Below are positions 25,479-32,000 of a stretch of DNA of 32,000 bases, piece after piece. Both the position numbers and the translations under genes were made by a program. How positions within the stretch are numbered: the stretch's first letter is position 1; each line of letters opens with the position of its first letter. Origin of the DNA: Erysipelotrichaceae bacterium (lineage in GTDB: Bacteria; Bacillota_I; Bacilli_A; Erysipelotrichales; Erysipelotrichaceae). The notes beneath the pieces were generated by a model. The model was given only the letters and a program-made list of their open reading frames with translations, made no database searches and had not been told where the DNA came from. The stretch lies in assembly GCA_030604855.1 (NCBI GenBank), contig JAUVVC010000005.1, positions 77,333 through 109,332 on the forward strand, given 5' to 3'.

Positions 25479-25913
25479 ATGCTTAAACGTTTAATCTGGA
25501 TCTTGGTGATTGTGCTTGGCATGAGCTTGAGTGCTTGCGCAAAAGAAGCAGATCCGGTTGATGAAGTTGAACCTGAAGATGATGAAGAAGTCCTCGTTTC
25601 GCTTGAACTACCCTCCGATTATCCCTCTGAAGTCCTACCTATCTATCCAGGTGGATTCGTAGAAGTGGCTTTGTCGATGAATAAATCATATACCATCGTT
25701 GCCTATTATAATGAAGAACCCAGTATCTTGATCGCGTATTACAAAGACCTTATCAAAGAGGGAAGCGATCTTATGGTTAGTGAAACCGCTGGGACCTATA
25801 CTGCTTTTGGTGAACTCAAGGACCACACCTTCACACTGGATATCGGAACCAGCACAAGTTACGACGCTTACCCAACCAGTTTATCCCTCACTCTTACTTA
25901 CAATCAAAAATAG
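25479..25913 (+). CDS. Hypothetical lipoprotein
   Basis: Signal peptide with lipobox LSAC, then an acidic linker (DPVDEVEPEDDEE). Confidence 0.6.
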   Translation: MLKRLIWILVIVLGMSLSACAKEADPVDEVEPEDDEEVLVSLELPSDYPSEVLPIYPGGFVEVALSMNKSYTIVAYYNEEPSILIAYYKDLIKEGSDLMVSETAGTYTAFGELKDHTFTLDIGTSTSYDAYPTSLSLTLTYNQK

Positions 25914-25916
25914 TTG

Positions 25917-27857
25917 ATGAAAAATGAAGTTCGTTTGTTAGGAATCTTCAGTTTAGCCTTCATCATGACGGATTTCTTCTTTCATGGTTTGAATGGCTTT
26001 AATCTGATTCAAATACAGAGTCTACGCATTCTGGCGTTGAGTTTTAGCTCGGCCAGTCTGCTTTTTTTATGTTCCTATCTTTTACCCAGGGCAATCCGAA
26101 AATTTACATTGATGTTCATTATTTTTGTCTTAGCACTCATTGGTTTCACCCAAGTCAGTTATCATCTCTACATGAATGCGAACTACAGCTTTTCACTTTT
26201 GGTTTCGATGTTCAGTCGTGTTCGAGATTATGCGGGGGACTTTACGGGTTACTTGAAACTCAAGAACTTTTTGATGTTTGTGCCTTTGTTGGGCTTCATT
26301 TGGTTTATGGTCAAAGTGAAACTAGAACCCATAAAAGCAAAAGTCTTTTTGGTTCTTCTGTGCATCGCCATGGCTTCACATTTTGGTGGACGTTTAAGTC
26401 TTTATCAATTCAATCAAGAAAGCGATGCCTATACCGCAGCTGAATTGTATGCGAATCCTTTCAGTGCCGACATGAGTCTCAATCAACTGGGCTTATCCAG
26501 CTATATCGTGGTCGATACGATTGCGCTCTTTAAGCCAGCGAAAGAAGAAATCATTTTTATCCCTGAGCCTGTTGATGAACCTGTCATATCTGTGCCTGAT
26601 CTCGCACGTAAGATCGATGATCGCGCTTGGATTGCCAGTATGGCGGATGAGACATCCGATGTGATGAAACAGATTGATGCTTATCTGCTCAGTCGAAGAA
26701 TACCCGATAAGCATGCGATGACAGGCTTGTTTGAAGGTAAAAACATGATTCTCATCATGGTGGAAGCCTTGGATTGGATGGCGATTGATGAGCGCTTGAC
26801 GCCTACTCTTTATCGCATGTCGCAAGAAGGCTATTTCTTTGATCATTACTATGCGCCACAGTACTCCTGTGCGACCGGGGAGAGTGAGTTCATCGCGTTG
26901 ACATCCTTGGTTCCGCGCTCCGGCATCTGTTCGATGAATACCTATTTGAATAATGCGTTTCCGCAGACCTTGTTTACACTTTTCAATAGAGAAAACTATG
27001 TCAGTACCTCGTATCACAATTACACTGACAAGTTCTATGATCGAACCACCATGCATCGTTTGTTGGGAAGCGACCATTTCTACAATCGTGAAGAATTGCC
27101 TATTCCATTGTTGAGAGGTTGGCCAAGTGATGTGAATCTTATGGAAGAAGCCTTTGCGATCTTTGGACAGAGAGAACCCTATTTCAGCTTTATCATCACC
27201 TCCAGCACACATTTTCCTTATGATGAAGATTCCACCTTGGGCAATCGTTATCTGGATCAGATTGATCAAGTCCATCCTGATTTCCCCATGAACATCAAAC
27301 GCTACATCTCCAAGGCCATGGAGTTGGATAAAGCCATGGCTCGCCTCTTGGAACTGTTGGAGACATCGGGTCAACTGGAGGATACGGTGCTCATGCTTTT
27401 CGGTGATCATTTCCCCCTTAAGACTGAACGCCAAGATCTGCTCGACTATAGCAAATCAACGGGCGATCGCAGTGTGGGTTTTGACATCAATCGATTGCCG
27501 ATGATGCTGTATCACAATGGAACAAAGGGAAAAGTCATTTCAAAGACGATGTCAAGCTTTGATATCCTACCTACGCTTGCGAATCTCTTTGACTTGAATT
27601 ATGATCCACGTCTTGCCTTTGGTGTGGATGTCTTTGATGAGACGCAAGATACACTGGTCATGTATCCTTCTCTAAACTGGAACAACGATCATGGTTTCTA
27701 CAGTGTATACAAGCATCGCTTCACACCATACGATGTAAATGACACACTCAGTGAGGATGAAATCAAGCAAATCAATGAAACCGTGAAAATTTATGCGGAA
27801 ATATCGTACCAAATATTAAAACGTGATTACTTTAACAAGCGAGAAGTGTTACGATAA
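25917..27857 (+). CDS. LTA-synthase-family (LtaS/MdoB-like) sulfatase-domain membrane enzyme
   Basis: N-terminal multi-TM region plus an extracytoplasmic alkaline-phosphatase-superfamily domain (NMILIMVEALD, CATGESEF with a putative Thr nucleophile, GDHFP). Confidence 0.75.
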   Translation: MKNEVRLLGIFSLAFIMTDFFFHGLNGFNLIQIQSLRILALSFSSASLLFLCSYLLPRAIRKFTLMFIIFVLALIGFTQVSYHLYMNANYSFSLLVSMFSRVRDYAGDFTGYLKLKNFLMFVPLLGFIWFMVKVKLEPIKAKVFLVLLCIAMASHFGGRLSLYQFNQESDAYTAAELYANPFSADMSLNQLGLSSYIVVDTIALFKPAKEEIIFIPEPVDEPVISVPDLARKIDDRAWIASMADETSDVMKQIDAYLLSRRIPDKHAMTGLFEGKNMILIMVEALDWMAIDERLTPTLYRMSQEGYFFDHYYAPQYSCATGESEFIALTSLVPRSGICSMNTYLNNAFPQTLFTLFNRENYVSTSYHNYTDKFYDRTTMHRLLGSDHFYNREELPIPLLRGWPSDVNLMEEAFAIFGQREPYFSFIITSSTHFPYDEDSTLGNRYLDQIDQVHPDFPMNIKRYISKAMELDKAMARLLELLETSGQLEDTVLMLFGDHFPLKTERQDLLDYSKSTGDRSVGFDINRLPMMLYHNGTKGKVISKTMSSFDILPTLANLFDLNYDPRLAFGVDVFDETQDTLVMYPSLNWNNDHGFYSVYKHRFTPYDVNDTLSEDEIKQINETVKIYAEISYQILKRDYFNKREVLR

Positions 27858-27882
27858 GAAGAGTAAAGACCAGGAGGAAATT

Positions 27883-28086
27883 ATGGCATACAAAGATCCT
27901 AAATTCTCACTCTATCGTTCCAAAGATGGCGCTATCGTCGGTGGTGTCTGTTCCGGTTTGTCGGAACATTTCAAAATTGATGTGACCATCATCCGTATCC
28001 TATTTCTTGTGACCATTCTCGGTTGGGGTTCCGGTTTCTTAGCCTATGTGATTTGCTGGATCGTGTTCCCCGAAAAAGAAGCTTAA
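27883..28086 (+). CDS. PspC-domain membrane protein
   Basis: LYRSKDGAIVGGVCSGLSEHFKIDVTIIRILFLV is the PspC motif, followed by one TM helix. AGGAGG lies 6 nt upstream of ATG 27883. Confidence 0.7.
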   Translation: MAYKDPKFSLYRSKDGAIVGGVCSGLSEHFKIDVTIIRILFLVTILGWGSGFLAYVICWIVFPEKEA

Positions 28087-28109
28087 AAAAACATCATTGA
28101 GATGTTTTT
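28087..28109. terminator. Bidirectional terminator
   Basis: AAAAACATC-attga-GATGTTTTT between convergent genes. Confidence 0.65.
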
Positions 28110-28546
28110 AACGCCATGAGTTCGGCGATTTTAGCTCTTAAAGCAAGCAGACCTTCGGTGGGATCCTCGATCTCGAGGACCGTGTATTCCATGGGACACA
28201 TTCCACTTCGATCGTTATTTTGAATAAAAGGGACTAAACGGTCATAACTGACCTTTATCTTGGATTGTTTCAATCGGTTGAGTGCATGTTCACTGATGAT
28301 TTGAGCGTGAACTGCTTGCGCTTGACCATAGATCAGAAGCAAGGCGGCGGATTTCCCGATGACCTTGTCGATCACGATCGCATCCTTAAAGAAAAGTGGA
28401 TCTTCATTAATGGGCTGAATCAAAGGGCGGATGCCCATGGACTTTGAAGTGTATAACTCTAGTGTGCGATATGCGACACAGGAATAGTGCTCTGTTGTAA
28501 GAAGGTTCAAGCCTTCTTGAATGGTCTCTTGGATTTTGTTTATCAT
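28094..28546 (-). CDS. DUF1893 (TM1506-like) domain protein
   Basis: DKVIGKSAALLLIYG...KVSYDRLVPFIQNNDRSGMCPMEYTVLEI matches the family's conserved blocks. I prefer the start at ATG 28546 (MINKIQ). The longer ORF would run into the divergent gene. Confidence 0.7.
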   Translation of the reverse strand: MINKIQETIQEGLNLLTTEHYSCVAYRTLELYTSKSMGIRPLIQPINEDPLFFKDAIVIDKVIGKSAALLLIYGQAQAVHAQIISEHALNRLKQSKIKVSYDRLVPFIQNNDRSGMCPMEYTVLEIEDPTEGLLALRAKIAELMALKTSQ

Positions 28547-28572
28547 TTCATCATTATAATCGGGAGGGAAAC

Positions 28573-29700
28573 ATGAAGACAAGAACATTTGAAAAATTAG
28601 GCATTCAGACCTCACTCTTAGGCTTTGGATGCATGCGCTTTCCAACACTGGACAATGGAAAAATCGATGAGAAACAAGCTGAGGCGATGTTGGATAAAGC
28701 CATCGCATCGGGAGTCAACTACATCGATACGGCTTATCCCTATCATGGGGGTGAGAGTGAGTCCTTTGTGGGTAAGGTGCTAAAGAAGTACCCGCGGGAT
28801 CAGTTCTTTTTAGCCACCAAATTGCCGGTGTGGAAGATCAATCACAAAGATGAGGTCTTGCCCATCTTCAATGAACAACTCGCGAAACTTCAGGTCGATT
28901 TTGTGGATTTCTATCTCCTGCATGCCTTGGATGAAGAGCGTTGGGATGCTTTGCTTGAACAAGGTGTCTTGGATGTGTTGGATCAACTCAAAGCAGAGGG
29001 AAAGATTAAGTACATCGGTTTCTCTTTCCACGATGAATATCCGGTTTTTAGAAAGATCATCCAACATCGAGCTTGGGATTTCTGCCAGATTCAATATAAT
29101 TATGTCGATACTGAAATTCAAGCAGGGAATAAGGGTTATGTGCTTGCGGAGAAGTTGGGCATACCCATGGTTGTGATGGAGCCGATCAAAGGGGGAAGTT
29201 TAGCCAATCTTCCCGAAGACATCGCGCGTTTCTTCAAGGCGTATTATCCTAAGAAATCCTTATCCTCATGGGCCTTGCGTTGGGTGGGTTCGCATAAGAA
29301 CGTCAAAGTCATTCTCAGTGGCATGAGTACGATGGATCATGTTTTGGATAATCTCGATACCTTCACCAACTTCAAAGCCTTGAATCAAGAAGAATACGAT
29401 CTGGTGAACAAAGTCACTGAAATCATCAAATCCAGAACCAAGAACGGTTGTACGGGTTGTGAATATTGCATGCCATGTCCACACGGTGTCAACATTCCTC
29501 GCAACTTCAGGATCTGGAACGATTGGGCGATCTATCACAACGATGATCAAGCAAGAAGACGTTATTTCAAAGAGCTTGCGGTGGATGCCCGTGCCGACAT
29601 GTGTCAAGCCTGTGGTGCTTGTGAACCGCAATGCCCGCAAAGCATTCAGATCATACAAGATTTGGTGCGTGTCCATGAAGACATGCGAACGATTCAGTAA
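28573..29700 (+). CDS. Aldo/keto reductase with a C-terminal 4Fe-4S ferredoxin-type domain
   Basis: AKR blocks (LGFGCMRF, NYIDTAYPYHGGESE, FYLLHAL) and C-terminal CTGCEYCMPCP and CQACGACEPQCP. Confidence 0.85.
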   Translation: MKTRTFEKLGIQTSLLGFGCMRFPTLDNGKIDEKQAEAMLDKAIASGVNYIDTAYPYHGGESESFVGKVLKKYPRDQFFLATKLPVWKINHKDEVLPIFNEQLAKLQVDFVDFYLLHALDEERWDALLEQGVLDVLDQLKAEGKIKYIGFSFHDEYPVFRKIIQHRAWDFCQIQYNYVDTEIQAGNKGYVLAEKLGIPMVVMEPIKGGSLANLPEDIARFFKAYYPKKSLSSWALRWVGSHKNVKVILSGMSTMDHVLDNLDTFTNFKALNQEEYDLVNKVTEIIKSRTKNGCTGCEYCMPCPHGVNIPRNFRIWNDWAIYHNDDQARRRYFKELAVDARADMCQACGACEPQCPQSIQIIQDLVRVHEDMRTIQ

Positions 29701-29722
29701 AAAAGGACCGAAGTCCTTTTTT
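29699..29722. terminator. Bidirectional terminator
   Basis: AAAAAGGAC-cgaa-GTCCTTTTTT between convergent genes. Confidence 0.75.
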
Positions 29723-30080
29723 ATTCGATGAAGATTTTGACGGTATCTCCGTCTTTGGTGTCGATGTCCACGATCTCTCCACTGGAACCATCTTCAATGG
29801 CTTGTAGAATCATGTCCATATCCACCCCTTTAAGATCGACTGGATTGCCATTGACATTGAGTTTGGATGCGATGTCCACCCCCGCTTTAAGCAATGAGGT
29901 GGGCACATTGATGCGGACCTTATCGCCATCGGCACTGTCTACGACGATGCGAAGTTTGGATTTGGTGTTGCTTGGGGCTGGGGTATTCGCAATCCCGAGT
30001 GCTTCCAAGAGCTTTACGCCTTCATTGATGTCGATGTCGCCATCTTTGACCATTTGGAGGATTTGTTCTTTTGTGTTCAT
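29721..30080 (-). CDS. Hypothetical protein: N-terminal SHOCT-like helical motif plus a beta-rich C-terminal module
   Basis: EQILQMVKDGDIDINEGVKLLEALG, then a P/S/T linker, then KLRIVVDSADGDKVRINVP...GEIVDIDTKDGDTVKIFIE. AGGAG RBS. Last gene of a 3-gene operon. Confidence 0.5.
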   Translation of the reverse strand: MNTKEQILQMVKDGDIDINEGVKLLEALGIANTPAPSNTKSKLRIVVDSADGDKVRINVPTSLLKAGVDIASKLNVNGNPVDLKGVDMDMILQAIEDGSSGEIVDIDTKDGDTVKIFIE

Positions 30081-30088
30081 AGATCTCC

Positions 30089-30448
30089 TTATTTCTTGAG
30101 GAGTGCCAATGCTTCGTTGACACTCAGTTCTTTGTTTTTAATCTTTTGTAAGATTTCTTCGGTATTCGTACTGGGTTCTTTGTTTTCAAAGCCCATCTTT
30201 GTGACGACCTGCTCCAACATCTTCTTGACGGTTGGGTAGGAGACGTTGAGTTCCTTTTCCATCTCTTTGATGTTTCCATAGACACGGATGAAGGTTTCCA
30301 CAAAGCTTAATTCTTCTTTATTCAAATAACTGAAACGGGATAATTCGAAATCTCCCGTGATTTCCGTATGACAGACATGACAGGTCAGACGTGTCGCCAT
30401 CAAGGTGTTCTGACATACTGGACAAGTTCCAATGACTTCTTTACGCAT
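30089..30448 (-). CDS. DUF2089-family protein (zinc ribbon plus HTH, with a SHOCT-like C-terminal tail)
   Basis: CPVC-x10-CHVC zinc ribbon, HTH-like LSFVETFIRVYGNIKEMEKELNVSYPTVKKMLEQV, and the tail EEILQKIKNKELSVNEALALLKK. AGGAG RBS. Confidence 0.7.
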   Translation of the reverse strand: MRKEVIGTCPVCQNTLMATRLTCHVCHTEITGDFELSRFSYLNKEELSFVETFIRVYGNIKEMEKELNVSYPTVKKMLEQVVTKMGFENKEPSTNTEEILQKIKNKELSVNEALALLKK

Positions 30449-30458
30449 ACAAGCTCCT

Positions 30459-30731
30459 TTAGATCAACTCGATCTTTATAATCGCATCCTTAGACTGCAC
30501 ATCCACCAAGACACCGGGTTCTTCCGCATTCAGCTCTGTGGCCACCAGATCGAGAAAGCGTTTGATTTCGTGCTTGTTTTCATGGACGAAATGCTTTGTT
30601 TGCTCGTCCTTGATGAAGTTGGAACCCCATAAAGCCAGTTTAGCCAAACCCATTGCGGTTTTGACTTTGACCTTAGGAAGATGGAAGTGGGTATCCTCGG
30701 TATCGATTCGTATCTGTATTTTCCGTTGCAT
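30459..30731 (-). CDS. Hypothetical protein, paralogous to the C-terminal module of the 29721-30080 product
   Basis: KIQIRIDTEDTHFHLP...GVLVDVQSKDAIIKIELI parallels KLRIVVDSADGDKVRINVP...GEIVDIDTKDGDTVKIFIE. AAGGAG RBS. Confidence 0.5.
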   Translation of the reverse strand: MQRKIQIRIDTEDTHFHLPKVKVKTAMGLAKLALWGSNFIKDEQTKHFVHENKHEIKRFLDLVATELNAEEPGVLVDVQSKDAIIKIELI

Positions 30732-30819
30732 ATCGTCTCCTTAATCACATTCTAAACCATAAATTAAAAAAATCAAGTATAAAATTGATTATTTTAATAA
30801 ATATATCAATAAATCTAAT

Positions 30820-31917
30820 TTATTGACTAATTATCTGGTTCTTTCCAGCCTTTTTAGCTTGGTATAAGAGTTGGTCAGCTTGTTTGATCAGAGCATCGAT
30901 GGATTCACCGGTGTACTCTGCCAAACCACCACTCATCGTCAATGTCTCCTGGTTGGGAAGTTTGTATTCACGCAACAGCGATTGAAGCCGTAAAGCATAA
31001 AGTCTCCCGGCGTTGAGGTTCGTGTTCGGAAGTAGAACCAAGAACTCTTCGCCGCCATAACGTCCCACACGGTCGATGGTTCTGAGGGAGTGTTTGATGA
31101 TGTCTGAGATTTTGATTAAAACCTGATCGCCGACTTGGTGACCGAAACGATCGTTGATCTTTTTAAAGTCGTCAATATCCAGAAGGATGATGGACAGGGC
31201 TTGTTCATTACGATCGGATCGACTCATCTCTTCAGAAAGAAAGTCAAGGATGGCTTTGTGGTTGTAGAGTTTGGTCATGGAATCGGTTTGAACGAGATGT
31301 TCAAGTTCTTGGTTCTTTTCGATGAGATCACGCTCTAGAATCATGGTTTTTAAACGGGTTTTAAATAAGCCGAGGGCGAAGAACCACAGTACGAGGTTGT
31401 AGATGGCTAGATTGACTTGAATGACAAAGACGGCTTCGGCATTGATCTGATAATAAGGGAGCAGGAAGATCATGAAAAGACTTGAACTTAGAATCAAAAG
31501 GAAGCTCTCCCATACCTTGAGATAAAGGATCGCGACAATCGCCGTCATGATCATGATGTGCATGTGAAGCAGGTCGGCCTGCGTCTGGGTGTTGAGTGCG
31601 ATCGCAATGCTGTATGTAATGAGTGTCAGCGTATATAGCGTTAAAATGAAGTCTACGAAATGATGACTTAAGTGTTCAAAGCGAAAGCGAGCATAAAGTA
31701 GAAGTGGAATGATCAGACTTGATGCGATTTGAAGAATGAGGATGATTCCACTGACATCATAGAAATAGGCACCGAAATAAAAAACAACCCATTCAATCGT
31801 GTAAAAAACGATCGCAATGGGTAGGACACGATTCAAGTTGATTTGGGTCCGTTGCCGATCCAAATCCTTCAATAAATGTTTAGGTATAACGAAGCCGTTT
31901 AAAAATTGGTGATTCAT
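30820..31917 (-). CDS. Membrane-bound diguanylate cyclase (GGDEF) with an RxxD I-site
   Basis: About 6 N-terminal TM helices. DSMTKLYNH, DIDDFKKINDRFGH, RTID-x5-GGEEF. The start lies 7 nt from the poly-G run. Confidence 0.9.
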   Translation of the reverse strand: MNHQFLNGFVIPKHLLKDLDRQRTQINLNRVLPIAIVFYTIEWVVFYFGAYFYDVSGIILILQIASSLIIPLLLYARFRFEHLSHHFVDFILTLYTLTLITYSIAIALNTQTQADLLHMHIMIMTAIVAILYLKVWESFLLILSSSLFMIFLLPYYQINAEAVFVIQVNLAIYNLVLWFFALGLFKTRLKTMILERDLIEKNQELEHLVQTDSMTKLYNHKAILDFLSEEMSRSDRNEQALSIILLDIDDFKKINDRFGHQVGDQVLIKISDIIKHSLRTIDRVGRYGGEEFLVLLPNTNLNAGRLYALRLQSLLREYKLPNQETLTMSGGLAEYTGESIDALIKQADQLLYQAKKAGKNQIISQ

Positions 31918-31922
31918 ATCAT

Positions 31923-32000
<78 letters not shown>

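Noticed and set aside
26493-27434. 313-aa minus-strand ORF
   Set aside because: It is entirely antisense to the well-supported LtaS-family gene. It has no motifs, an odd composition and no RBS, so it is a shadow ORF.
28547-28708. N-terminal 54-aa extension of the DUF1893 ORF (204-aa version)
   Set aside because: The extension is antisense to the start of the AKR gene, has a Cys/Phe/Ser-rich non-protein-like composition, and exceeds the usual approximately 140-150-aa family length.
29728-30099. 123-aa plus-strand S/L/T-rich ORF
   Set aside because: It is antisense to the SHOCT-like gene, which has an RBS, operon context and paralogy support.

Overview
The window looks like ordinary chromosomal DNA from a low-GC Gram-positive bacterium (Bacillota). 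Supporting signs are strong AGGAGG-type Shine-Dalgarno sites, TTGACA-17-TATAAT-type promoters, a T-box leader, a purine riboswitch and lipobox lipoproteins. I support about 34 protein genes and find no rRNA, tRNA, CRISPR array, transposase, integrase or phage block.

Gene content in order:
- An AraC-type regulator divergent from a mannose-family PTS (IIB, IIC, IID, no IIA). The PTS is followed by a ceramidase-like amidohydrolase, an IMPase-family phosphatase and a SIS/UPF0309 protein.
- Rubrerythrin, then a cytoplasmic 5'-nucleotidase-like metallophosphoesterase.
- A translationally coupled TetR-CPBP pair.
- A 5TMR-LYT/PAS/degenerate-GGDEF/HD-GYP c-di-GMP protein.
- A T-box-controlled metNIQ transporter, then an orphan NuoE-like 2Fe-2S protein.
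- An MBL-fold hydrolase divergent from a coupled MarR, FMN-binding-domain and flavodoxin-like operon.
- A guanine riboswitch with a purine permease.
- pflB-pflA.
- A lone phage-type DUF5131 (Gp37/Gp68) gene coupled to a FUSC-like membrane protein.
- An envelope cluster: acyltransferase-3, lipoprotein, LtaS-like enzyme, PspC.
- DUF1893 divergent from an aldo/keto reductase with a 4Fe-4S domain.
- A tight three-gene DUF2089 operon.
- A membrane GGDEF cyclase.

The window ends in a 76-nt poly-G run, which I read as a sequencing or assembly artefact at a contig end.

The best candidates for uncharacterised systems are:
- the DUF2089 / SHOCT-like three-gene operon
- the IIA-less PTS plus ceramidase-like/IMPase/SIS locus
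- the DUF5131-FUSC pair
- the MarR-controlled extracytoplasmic FMN-binding / flavodoxin-like operon

None is a demonstrable new system from sequence alone. Novelty cannot be verified without database searches.
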